A stretch of DNA of 64,000 nucleotides from Eledone cirrhosa (taxonomy: Eukaryota). The notes below the pieces were generated by a model. That model had not been told where the DNA came from. It saw only the letters and a list, made by a program, of their open reading frames with translations, and did no database searches. The stretch covers positions 230,454,001 to 230,518,000 of the forward strand of contig OZ024742.1 of NCBI GenBank assembly GCA_964016885.1. Direction: 5' to 3'. The translations under genes were made by a program, and so were the position numbers. Every line of letters begins with the position of its first letter. Position 1 is the stretch's first letter. This document shows positions 48,984-61,576 of this stretch, one piece after another.

Positions 48984-49079
48984 TATAACTTTATCCCGAG
49001 TTCAATGGGGGTTAACCACAGTAAGTAAGGTACTCAATACATAGAAAAGTATAAATAATTAGAAGCCATTTCTATATTA
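48984..49079 (-). mobile_element. Family B fully collapsed copy
   Basis: Minus-strand tail joined to plus-strand agaagccatttctatatt. Both hammerhead cores are absent. Confidence 0.75.
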
Positions 49080-49094
49080 TATATATATATATAT

Positions 49095-49903
49095 CACTTT
49101 GATCACCTTGACCGACCAGTCTGTCGGGCGTCCATTCAGCGCCGCTGGTCACAGGACGACGTCCATTCCTCTCTGGATCGTGCTTTCCTCATCCATGTAT
49201 TCCCAATCGTATTCTTAAAATCGTAACACCACCCTCGTGGAGGCCTTCCGAGTGGTCGTTTCCGCTCGCGCGGGTACCACTCGGCAACTGCGCGGGTCCA
49301 CCGATTATCGGTGAACCGGGCGACATGTCCAGCCCATTTGAACTTGCTGCGCATATATTCCGTGATGACGTCCCTCACGCCGGACTTCTGTCTGATGACT
49401 TCGCTCCTGATGTGCTCTGTCAACGAGATTCCTAACATTGATCTCTCCATGGCTCTTTGAGCCGTTACCAGCCTCTGCTCTTCTCTCTTCGTTGTAGCCC
49501 AAGTTTCACTGCCATATAACATTGCAGGTAAAACTGTGCTATTGAAGAGGTTTGCGCGGGTGGTCTTGTCGAACCTCCCCTTGAGCACATCCCTTATGCC
49601 GTTGAACGCCATCCATCCGGCGCCGTACTCTCCGCGAGATCTCCCTCTCAATGTCTCGGCGCATGTTCACTCCTTGTCCCAGATAGACGTATTCCTCCAC
49701 CTCCTCTATTTCATCACCGCCAACCACCATTCAACCTGTTGGTACATTGTCGGACCGCATGAACTTCGTTTTGATGCGGTTCATCTTGAGGTCTACTGCA
49801 GAGCTTTTGATGTCGAGCTCCGTCAGCATGGTCTGAAGCTGATCCGTGGTTTCAGCGATCAGTACGATGTCATCAGCGAAACGGAGATGGGTAAGTATCT
49901 CGC
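49095..49903 (-). mobile_element. 5'-truncated RTE-clade LINE (RT C-terminal half) inserted in (TA)n
   Basis: LTHLRFADDIVL...KTKFM...VEEYVYLG...LFNSTVLPAMLYGSETW...KWAGHVAR...RPLGRPPRGW, with one stop and one frameshift. Tail tcaaggtga-tcaaagtga. Confidence 0.95.
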
Positions 49904-50040
49904 ATATATATATATATATATATGTGTGTGTATAAGTGTGTGTGTTATGTAATTCCGTAGGAAAAGCTGTGGAAAAAAAGAGTGCTCTATGTATAGACCA
50001 GAGCTATTTAATTAAAAAGTGAACAACACAAAATATAACT

Positions 50041-50109
50041 ACTTCATTACCAAAGGTTTCTGGACCCTAGATAATAATAATATAGTCTGGATCGGTCGTC
50101 AGACAGAGT
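50041..50109 (-). ncRNA. Type I hammerhead ribozyme motif (family D, sense arm)
   Basis: actctgt-CTGACGA-ccgatccagac...ctagggtcca-GAAACC-ttt-GGTA-atgaagt. Confidence 0.75.
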
Positions 50110-50130
50110 TGTTAAGATGTAAAGATAACA

Positions 50131-50200
50131 AGTCTGTCTGACGACAGATCCAGGCGTATATTATTATTATCTGGGATCCAGAAACCTTTGGTAATGGAGT
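50131..50200 (+). ncRNA. Type I hammerhead ribozyme motif (family D, inverted arm)
   Basis: agtctgt-CTGACGA(50138-50144)-long stem II gatccag/ctgggatc-GAAACC-ttt-GGTA-atggagt. GUA triplet. Confidence 0.8.
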
Positions 50201-50646
50201 AGTTATATTTTGTGTTGTTCACTTTCTAATTATATATATATATATATATTTGCTTATATTTTTATGTATTTAGTTATTCGATAGGTTTGTATAATAACCG
50301 CACTAGAGACGTGCACCGAATGACGGAATCATATACTGTTGTTAGAGCCAATATAATATTTGTTGTTAATAGCCGTTGTTTACCTAGAGGTTTTGCCGAT
50401 GTTACCGACATTATAAACGAAACTCTTTTGAAACGCCGTCAGCTTCGCATATACTTCGAAGTAAACAGTCGCTATCAATAACATATCATAGACATGCACA
50501 CACACACATACACAGACACACCCACACACACATACACAGACACACCCACACACACACACATATATATATATATATACACACACATAGGTACACACACAGA
50601 TATCTATCTATCTATATACATATATACATGTGGGTGTGTGTATATA

Positions 50647-50712
<66 letters not shown>

Positions 50713-52095
50713 ACATGGTATATACTGATAGATGCATTACAGTTTAAAATGCATTAAACATCGGTGCATAGAATATATGCTATTTAGCAGCGATTAAGGA
50801 GACACCAGAAGAGACTAACATAGTTAAACCTATTTGATAAACAGTGGAGTATATTATGAGAGCTCTGCAATTATATATCATTTCAATCTACACTTGTTAA
50901 CCCTTTTATCCTGCTCTCTGTCACTCTTATTTTCACAAGACTTTGTTAAAAGCTTTGCCGGAGAGAATTAACAGGCACATGCTTTTCTTTTCCTCAATTT
51001 ATGTAATCGTGGTTGATAAACATGGCTTTGATTCGGACAGCGTCAAGCAAAATCGATTGTGATTTATTTGTCCTGCTCTGAGTTCAAATTCCGCTGAGTC
51101 CAGCTTTTCTTTTCACTTTTTTGGGTATTTCCAAGATCATCAATTATTACTGCTGCCATCTATATAAATGTTATCAAACTACAGTAAAAAGAAAAACTAA
51201 AGTGATGCTGGGCAGATGCGACTCCAAAGGTCAAATACCATGTTTCCGGCGTGTATTACTGCTTACGTTTATATAACTGCTTATTTGAAGAGAAATCCGA
51301 GCGAATTCGACTAAATGATTAAACAATAGAAATAAAACATCCGTTTTACTGATGTCCCGATATAAAGAACCTTGTATACCGGCTTGTTCTCTGGAAACAC
51401 CCTAGGATATACCGGCTCTGTTTATTTCTTAAACACATTATAACTTACCCCTTGCTGCTTAATCATTTGTCCAGTTGTTTCGACATTTTCTTTCAACAAT
51501 ATCACGCTGAGCTTTCCCTAAAACTATAAACTTCTGTCGCCTGTATTTCGCCTTCTCATGATAACATTAGTGTTAGACGTTGAAATTAAAAATTAATTCA
51601 TCTCTTTCTTCAACCATTCATCACCCTGACATTTCCAGTTAATAATGCGTCCTATTGTTTTATTCTGTTACCAGTGTTTCACTGCATTATTTCTCTGGTC
51701 AATACGTGACTGCCTCACATTACATTCCCTTATGAACAGTAGGCTGAGTAATTTCAATCATTTCCCGTCTCTTATCACTTTTGTTTGTTAGTATTTTCCT
51801 TTCGCCTGTTTCTCGTTTATTTTCCTTACTACTACCTATCATTCATTCATATGTCAATACAAATATATTACCTTCATCTCTTACTCAGATGTCTACACGC
51901 TAGAGAATTAGCAGTGAAATACATATTAGTTGTTGTTATGTTTAGCCCCAAGCCAGACCAGATATAGAAGAATTTACAGTCAAAGGTATTCCAAGTTTTA
52001 AGATGCTTGCCTCTTCTTATTAACGACTGGTTTGTAAGTGCATTGGAGACAAACAGACTAACAAACAAGCTATTTAATATATATATATATATTTG

Positions 52096-52167
<72 letters not shown>

Positions 52168-52168
52168 A

Positions 52169-52231
<63 letters not shown>

Positions 52232-52232
52232 G

Positions 52233-52264
<32 letters not shown>

Positions 52265-52311
52265 TATATATATGTATATATGTATATATATATATGTATA
52301 TATATGTATAT

Positions 52312-52749
52312 ATATTATAAAGAAAACGAAAAATCAGTGATGCATCTGGACTTAATTTATTGTGTGTTACAATTGTTTCTCCGGCAGGTAGCTCGAGACG
52401 TGGTCCTTGTATGGATCCGACTGATTCTACTTTTGTAGGTTCATTCAGACACGAGCATTTCGATAGGAGCAAATTTTATCACAATGATAAAATCACATGA
52501 TAAAATTTGCTCCTAACGAAATACTCGTGTCTGAATGAACCTGAAAAAGTAGAATCAGTCGGATCCATACAAGGACCACGTCTCAAGCTACCTGCCGGCG
52601 AAACATTTGTAACACGAAATAAACTAAGACCAGATGCATCACTGATTTTTCGTTTTCTTTATAATATCTACACTCTACTCTGATGAATATCGAGTGCTAA
52701 TTTTGGCATACCGCCTATGGAAGCACCTTAGCTACCATTATACACAACT
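52312..52749 (+). mobile_element. Family E fold-back element: 170-bp arms centred on a putative hammerhead stem II
   Basis: Arms 52312-52481/52498-52667 (~11 mismatches). Centre flanked by TTTC...GAAA (52518-52521), then TAC-tc-GTGTC. Tail with tactc...gagtg stem-loop; TA-rich flanks. Confidence 0.8.
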
Positions 52750-54887
52750 ATATATGTATATATATATGTGTATATATGTATTGAATAAAGAGGAAGAGAG
52801 CGAGGGAGAGAGGAGAGAGAGAAAGGGTGAGTGAGAGGGGGGCGAGATGAGAGAGTGATTTTTAGAATATTATATTGACATAGTGGTAAATTTAGAGAAC
52901 GTGTGTAAGAGTGCAGTTTAAAAACAGAAAAACATATTCTCAATCAACAATAAGATACATCTACATACAAATACATTCCCTATCCTAATGTACCTCTGTA
53001 TATGCAATTACAATTGTGTTTTTATTAATAGTTTAACACAGAACGAACAGCGTTTATGGGGTTATTAAGAATTTAGTTGAGAAAGATAAATGCAGTATTT
53101 CTGAAAACACAGGAAAGGTGGTAATATGTATTCTGGTGGAGAGGGGTTTGCCAATGAAAACTTGGCAATTGAAAACATTCCGCGGGCAATATAATCACAT
53201 AGCGATATTTTTATCATGGTGAATTTACATTAATTTTTTTATTTTTTAATTGAATTTCTATTTGGGCTCAATTAAGATTCTAAATATTATTTCTGTTTCT
53301 TTATATGAAATAAGACTGAATTTCATATCTCTGTTTCAAACGTATATTTCAAAATAAAATTCGTATTTTTCTAATTCATCACATTCAAGCAATTTTTGCG
53401 AATTTGATACGTATTTTTGGCAGAAGTATTTGCTTTCTTTCATTTTGTCAGCATATAGTATATTCTGGAAAATATATGAGTCGGAAACCTTCCAAGAGGT
53501 TAAATCATATATAAGCTTTCATGTCTAGAACACTGCTATTATTGCAGCTGTAGTCATACTCACTTATAAGGCCACTTTATTCCTTGCTTCTTTACCTGAG
53601 TATATCACGTGAAACATCGACACTGATTGATTTGAATTCAATTGGTAAACAACTACAACTGGATTGATACAGAGCCTAGCCGTAAAATTATACCTTGTGA
53701 TAAAGTCATAGCGCTGCTCTCTACTAGAAATGAAGAACGGATCACCTAGTTTGTATTTTAGTTTAAATTTCATCAGAATTCGTTTACTTTTACTTAGATA
53801 CCGCAGGAAGTTTTGGATACCACATATGAAATGTGGAAACGCTACCTTATAGCAATAAATATTGAAATATAAGTCTATGATGGAAATTATCAAACTAAAA
53901 TGAATATAATCCTAAGGCCACATTCATCTCCTTACCACTTAGTTCTTAGCAGTGTTGCTGTTACATTTAACCACCAGGACCGTGGAGTTGTTGCAGGATG
54001 GTCCAATCTACCTCCCTCCTATATTCGTCTCTGTCTTACGTGTTTGTCCTTTTCTCCTGCCAACTCTTTGCCTGCATTTCTTCTAAAATGTTTCTTGGAA
54101 TATGGATTGACAGCGGAAAATCTAATCAACGGCGTGTAATTCGAAACATATTGCTTGCAATATTTATTATGTACCAAGTTAAAAATACTATTGTTACTCT
54201 TTCGGTCAGAAATTTAGTAAACCATTGAGTGGGTGATGGGAAACATGTGACAAGCTACACTATTGCCCGCCAGTAATACAATACAATTAAAATACACAAA
54301 CAATTTTAGCTTTACATTTAAAATTAGTTTGTATTTCAAACTCCTTTCTATAAATAAATATAAAAGAAATTATTTTAAAATGTAGACAGAGAAAGGAAAA
54401 GAACAATATATATTCTGTCGAACATCGAATGAAATACTTACATAAAATTCTATGTCAAGAGATTGCTTAAATCTTTCTTACTAAATCGATCATACTAATT
54501 AAATTTGTACAATAATACACAGGGTTGCAAAAATAGACGGTTATTACAATACATTCTATTTCAAGTACGTTTATTCATTGAAAGGTAAACTGATGGTTGA
54601 GGCTGCTAAATAAATCTGTAATTTCAAAACAATAAATACTCTATGGGTGTCAGCTATTCTTATTACGTTTGTTTCATTTCGTGCTTTACAACGTGTGATG
54701 TTCACCGCGGTAACGTATTCAGCAGATAGAGTGACGCGCATAGAGAAGGGGCTATAGAATAGCACTTACCATCATATTGTCATGCGTTCGAAACATAGAC
54801 AGGGTGATGTGTTGTATTCTTGAGCACAATGCTTCATTATATGCTTCTCTTTATATGATATAATTAGAGCTCATATCATGAAAGCAT

Positions 54888-55333
54888 ACTAGACCTGAAA
54901 AATCTGCAAGCTCAAAAGAGCCACATAATGTTATAATAAACCTTCAAAAGTGTGGGACTAGAGTTGTTGCTCAAAAATATTGTAATCATTATCTGTCGTA
55001 CACACTGTGGCATCCTTTTATAAAAAAGTTACTCATAACGAATTCTAGACGACATGATAATTATTTAAGCTAATGTTCAATATCTCATATTAGATGTTTA
55101 GTAATGATTAATACGAAATGCACTTAAGCCGAATTCTATATTATAAATTCACTTAACTAATTATGGTGTCGTCTTGAGTACGTGATGAGTCTCTTTTTTA
55201 TAAAAGGATGCCACAGAGTGTACGACAGATAATGATTACAATATTTTTGAGCAACAACTCTAGTCCCACACTTTTGAAGGTTTATTATAACATTCTGTGG
55301 CTCTTTTGAGCTTGCGTATTTTTCAGGTCTAGT
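54888..55333. repeat. Long inverted repeat, 182-bp arms (54888-55069/55152-55333), 82-bp spacer
   Basis: Outer ~140 bp nearly identical, inner ~40 bp more diverged. No TSD seen. Confidence 0.95.
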
Positions 55334-56090
55334 TTAATATTTTTTTAAGGCTACGCTTGTAATAACTCTAGGTAAACATGATATATATTAATAATAAATT
55401 ATGGTTGTAATGTAATTAGATTCTATAATTGTTATTTTATAAATGATCTTATAAATATTATTGTAAGATGTATAAAAATATTTTCAGAATTTTAATATAA
55501 ACAACTACAAAAACAATCAATATTAAATAAATATATTTTACATATTAATTGTTATAGTTGAATTAATAAAAATTAAATAATACATACAAATAGTCTAACA
55601 TAATAATAATAAATAATCTAACATAAAAACAAACAATAATATGGACAAATATACAAGTAAATATGATACAACCAATATTATAAGCATGTTATAACGAACT
55701 GAAAAAAAAATAGTTAATATAAATTTAACAATATAACTTACCAAAACTAGAAAAATATTTTGATAATAAACGACGAAATACAGGAGAAAGATTCGAAAGC
55801 GAAACGATAAATAAACGTGCAAACAAAGTGGTGGATGCTTTTGAGCAACAATTACTCTCATTGGTTGTTTAGCTAATAAGACGATGAAATTAGCCAATAA
55901 GACGATACATTACAAAACATGTTTGGTGGGGGGGGGGGGTCACCACAGCCAGCGAAACCCCTTGAATATTTTATTCACAAGCTACGCATTTATGTCATGT
56001 CAAAACACGCAGACTTAAAACATTCTGTTGTTAGTCACTGTGTGTCTAACAGATATAATATATATATAATGCTTTCATGATTTCAGCTCC

Positions 56091-56160
<70 letters not shown>

Positions 56161-56178
56161 CATTTATATATATACATT

Positions 56179-56264
<86 letters not shown>

Positions 56265-56280
56265 TATGGCTAAAACAGCA

Positions 56281-56449
<169 letters not shown>

Positions 56450-56949
56450 TTATATATAAGTATATACATATATTGAGAGAGAGAGAGAGACAGAGAGAGA
56501 GCGAGAGAGAGAAGGTGAGATTGGAAATAGCACGGAAAATATATTTAGGGTCTGTTTTTCTTTTATTCCTTTCTTTGATTCCTCAAAGTGACATTATTGG
56601 AAAAATGAGACGGACAATTCTTTTTAAAAAGAGTTTTAGAATGTACATAAAGTATCACCGATTTCGATGTATTAATAAACTTCATCTTATCAAATGTTAA
56701 GTATTACAATTAAATAGAATTGTTAAGAATTAGAAACTAAAAATTAAAGATTTAAAGTTAAGTGTTGAGGTAAGTTTTTTCATCTTACTTGTTGAGAAGG
56801 AGACTGGAAAATGAACTCTTGTGTATATAGAGAGAGGTGTGTAGTCATATACATATAAATATAGCTATTTATAACAAGATGACATAATTGTCCTCATTAT
56901 ATATATATGATCTTTTAATATTACCTTAACTCGAATATATATATATATA

Positions 56950-57105
56950 AAGGAAAATAGTAAAGGAATAACGGTAAACACAATCGAAGAGGCTGAAAAG
57001 CAGAGATAAATGTTTAAGACACAAAGGCGGTCAGGGGCAGCTGTTTCCAGTCTGGATGGCCGCCTCCATATATATATATATATGAAGTCGGCCATCCAGA
57101 CTGGA
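56950..57105 (-). mobile_element. Family F PLE-like terminus: hairpin (stem II with (TA)n loop), GAAACAGCTG and tail
   Basis: tccagtctggatggccg/cggccatccagactgga arms at 57046-57105. Minus strand continues GAAA-CAGCTG-CC (palindromic stem III, cleavage triplet decayed). Confidence 0.6.
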
Positions 57106-57117
57106 TATATATATATG

Positions 57118-57387
57118 TAAAAGTTATATTTAAATTGTTGGGATACAACAAGCAAATATTTTTATAACTGACATAAAGCACTCAACAAATATTTGGAGTA
57201 AAAACTATCCGGGAGCTTCCAACAGTAATGATTGCATTCTTTAAGGGTATGTCAATATTTATTTATAAAACTGATCTATATTATATTTTATATGATGAAA
57301 GCACACCATAATTTAACTTGGTGTCCTTGAAATATGTATAATGAAATAAATATGGTTTTACAAATATAGTTTCGATTTGTTAATATC

Positions 57388-57388
<1 letters not shown>
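57118..57388. mobile_element. Family A copy 3: minus-strand tail joined to plus-strand hammerhead region
   Basis: 57120-57202 is the reverse tail. 57204-57388 is the body with tattttat-ATGATGA-aagcacacca...tggtgtcctt-GAAA-TATGTATA-atgaaata (C3A). Confidence 0.75.
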
Positions 57389-57444
<56 letters not shown>

Positions 57445-57448
<4 letters not shown>

Positions 57449-57640
57449 AACGAGTAGGACCCCGACGGCTGAGCTCAAGCCGTTTCGACGGCTAATTCTT
57501 AGTCCAGAATTAGCCGTCGAATCGGCTTGAGCTCAGCCGTCGGGGTCCTACTCGTTCTTATTACCCACTCTACTACCCTAAGTATTGAGTACTTTGGTAC
57601 GTTATGGTCCACCTGGTTCCTTACCACATTTCTTCCGTTA
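57445..57640 (+). mobile_element. Family C fold-back element copy 2
   Basis: Hairpin 57445-57561 centred on gacggctaattc-ttagtcca-gaattagccgtc. Tail to 57640; (TA)n on both sides. Confidence 0.88.
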
Positions 57641-57673
57641 TATATATATGTATATATATATTTGTGTGTGTGT

Positions 57674-57708
<35 letters not shown>

Positions 57709-57709
<1 letters not shown>

Positions 57710-57860
57710 CATCATCATCATCATTTTACGTCCGCTTTTCCCTGCTTCCAAGGGTGGGACGGGAACTGATTCTGGCTTGATTTCTACAGCTGGATGCCCT
57801 TCCTAACACCAACCTCATTTACAGTGAGTACTGGGTGCTTTTCTTCCGTGGCACCTCCAC
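57709..57860 (-). mobile_element. SINE-like repeat with (ATG)n tail (second copy ~62440-62600)
   Basis: (cat)n-tttacgtcc...tttctac.gct.gatgcccttcctaacaccaacc at both loci. Confidence 0.7.
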
Positions 57861-58068
57861 GACCACTTTACAGTGGAATGATAGGGACACTAGTTATATC
57901 ATCTCCTTTCTACAGCTGAGTAAACTGGAGCAATGTGAAATAAAGTGTCTTGCTCAAGGAAACAACACATCACCCGGTCTGAGAATTGACTCACAACTTT
58001 TCGATTGCAAGGCCAAGGCTCTAACCACTAAGCTATGTGCCTCCAATATGACATATATGTAATACATA

Positions 58069-58112
<44 letters not shown>

Positions 58113-58190
58113 GATTTTTTATATGGTTAATTGGGAGAGGAAACGGTAATATATTTTATCTGGTGAATCTATAGACATGTTTTATGATAT

Positions 58191-58245
<55 letters not shown>

Positions 58246-58349
58246 CATAAGCCGTGTGCCTCCAATATTACATATATATATATGTATATGTATCTAAGTA
58301 TATGTATATATATATGTATATATATTATATATATTATATATATATATAC

Positions 58350-58399
<50 letters not shown>

Positions 58400-58402
<3 letters not shown>

Positions 58403-58514
58403 CGAAGGAAATGTGCTAAGGAACCAGATGGACCATAACGCACCAAAGTACTCAATACTTAGGGTAGTAGAGTGGGTAATAGGGTTGAGCTCAGCCGTCG
58501 GGGTTCTACTCGTT

Positions 58515-58518
<4 letters not shown>
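58400..58518 (-). mobile_element. Family C copy 3, hairpin centre deleted
   Basis: Tail joined directly to ttgagctcagccgtcggggttctactcgttccta. Confidence 0.85.
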
Positions 58519-58580
<62 letters not shown>

Positions 58581-60101
58581 TACATATTATATATATTATA
58601 TACATATATACATATTATATATATATATATATATAATATATATACATATATATATATATAATATATATATATATAATATATATACATATATATAATATAT
58701 ATAATATATATACATATATATATACATATACTTAGATATATATACATATATATATACATATACTTAGATACATATACATATATATATACATATGTATTAA
58801 CGTATGTATATATATAAAGGCATATCTATTTTTATGCTTATATATGTATTCATTTTGTTTGTATTCTTCGTTGCTATCACTCGATCGATTCCTCTTTCAT
58901 TTTACTATTCGTTTTGTAATTGATAGTACTTTCTTTTTGTATTTTAATAATGACATTCTTATCCATTTAATTCCCTAACTATCTGTCCTTTCGATTCATT
59001 TCACTATTCTACCCCACAACCATTGTTATTGCATTAATCAGATAAATGTGAATAAATCGCTGAAATTTCCAATTTATATAGTTCAATAGAAATAATCAAT
59101 GTTTTTTTTTTCTTCTCCCAACGCCAGCCGCCAGACATCTAAATTCAGATATTCCTTGCCAGTCTCCTGATTACAAGGCTGATCACCAATTTTGATACGG
59201 CAAACAACATACGTTTACCGTAGACTACTCTGACATTTTCGCATATCAAATATATTTTTGAAGTTTCTGGTTTTTCTGAAACCAAGGAAACGCAGTAGAA
59301 ATATCAATATTACATTAATACATCTCTCTGTTCAGTGAAGATATTGATTCGTGTTTTTGGCAAGAATACAATATTTTTTCAACAATGTCTCCTCAGTTGC
59401 TAATTTTAAGATTCAAAGAATATAGATAGATGTCAAATATAACTGATCTACTTCCAATGGATTATTATTAAGCCGTGTAAGGATGACTGCTATTAATTGA
59501 CGTAAATATGAACATTGCGTTCTTAATCTTCTGGGTTAATTTCACATGAGTAAAACAGGTGTTTCCTGGAATATATATATATATAGAACAAGTAAAGTTT
59601 ACAAGAGCCAGAATAATGAATGAGTACTACATCGCTCATCAACATATTGCATGTAATACTTCCATTATCAGGGATACGAAAACAGAGATAATTAAAATAT
59701 CGCCGTTTCTAATGTTCTAATTAGGAAAAATGTAATAAGCTCGTTAAGTACAGAAAACTAAATAAACAATAAACCACTAGTATACAAAACATTTTTTTTT
59801 GTACCACTTTTACTTAACCATGAATATGTCTTTAACCATGAATATGTCTTTTTATCATGGGAAAGCGGCAGAATCTCATGGGGGATCTAAACATCCTCAT
59901 GTTTTTTTTTTCAGGATACAACCTCAATACATATTCTTGACGTTATATATATATGTATAAATATATATATATATATATATACATATATCATTTGCAAGGT
60001 TTTTTACATGAAATCGTGTGTTGAAACAAATATTTTTATATTTGGGGAGACTGAGACATGATAGTAATATAGACAACATAGAAATTAAAATAATATCTAT
60101 T

Positions 60102-60137
<36 letters not shown>

Positions 60138-61147
60138 TATGTATGTTTGTATATGTATGAATGTATGTATATGTACTTAAATAAGACTACAATCGCTACG
60201 ATCAGTCTACTAACCCTCAGCAATTAACCTAAACCAAACGCCAGCCTGTACACATGACACCTACCAAACAAACCGTACTCACCCTCCAGATTCTGTAAAT
60301 CAAACGTTTACTGCCCATTCTCCCAAACTCCTCTCACGCAACCACACTGTAATAGTGACCTAATGGGGAAGACAGGACGATATGAGGCTGCATATATTAT
60401 ATTACGTAGTTTCTATATAATAAGGCCAAATATATTATCTCCAGCGTCTACGACCCCATTACATACTAGACGGTGCCCCAACCTCCACCGTACTCCCTCG
60501 ACCTTAGTCCCACTAACTATCTACTAAGATGACGTGATACAGCGCACCGGGATGTCTAATTCTCACAACATAACATAAAAAGCCAAATCAAGAAGATACC
60601 CAAGCCATTAAAAAATAAGTGAAACGAATAGAAGTATACTTCCTACAACACAACCTAAATACCAAGAAAATCCTCAATCTATTTAAGAAATAAGCGAAAT
60701 GAATCAAGGATGAAAAATATAGATATTATATAAGAAAATACGATACTAAAATGCGAAGCAAAATCTATAAACCTCAGTGTCATTTTTTACATAAAATAAA
60801 TATATTATATATACACGAATCAAAACACAAGTAAGATTATATAATATATACACAAATCTACATGTATAAAAAGTTCAAACATGCATTCAGAGATTTGCCA
60901 AATAAATTAACCAAATTACGACTTACCCATCTTGATCATTCTTAAGAATGCGACCATCCTTCAAGGCCAACGCAAAGAAAGTAAAAAACAAAGTCAGAAA
61001 AGATCACTAGCTTATGCCCTCTTGTCAATTCGTTAAACTTAAAGACGAACAAAAATTTTATAATTTTTAATATTTCCTGTAAATAACTCAAAAGAATTTT
61101 TTTCTCTGACGCACTGACGACTCAGCTAAACCGACTCCCTTAATAAT

Positions 61148-61185
61148 TGTTTCTACTTTTGGCACAAGGCCAGCAATTACCCAGT
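61148..61185 (-). mobile_element. 38-bp SINE 3' stub with 13-bp TSD
   Basis: ctcccttaataat at 61135-61147 and 61186-61198. Confidence 0.85.
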
Positions 61186-61541
61186 CTCCCTTAATAATGA
61201 TGAATTCTAAGTTAGACATATGGCTTCCAGCTTTCTAAGAAAGGGAAAAATCGATCGTATCGACCCCATTACTTGATTGATATTTTTTCATTAACCTCAA
61301 AAGAATAAAACGCGAATTTGACTTTTCAGCTACGACCCGATATTTTAATGAGTTATTCATATATTTTGTATTTTCTTTTTATATTTTCACAGTTCTTATG
61401 CTCCGTTCCAAATTTAACATTTAGATAAATATCATTGCTCTAATTTGTCTAATATTTTGATAATAGTACATCTCAGGATTTTGTTATATTTCGGACACAT
61501 TTTTGTCTAATGCATATATACATTCACACACACACACACAT

Positions 61542-61576
<35 letters not shown>

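Larger units (their letters stand above)
49950..50232 (-). mobile_element. Family D fold-back element: ~106-bp arms, each with a full hammerhead
   Basis: Arms 50009-50114/50126-50232; tail 49950-50008. The right end merges into (TA)n. Confidence 0.85.

Noticed and set aside
52680-52720. CTGATGA in the family E tail
   Set aside because: No stem II-GAAA follows. It lies in the loop of the 3' stem-loop.
53564-53893. 109-aa minus-strand ORF with a cag|gtaaag donor-like site
   Set aside because: No recognisable domain, so there is too little evidence for an exon.
59814-59850. Short direct duplications (also ~4490-4535 and ~36256-36288)
   Set aside because: Ordinary slippage duplications.
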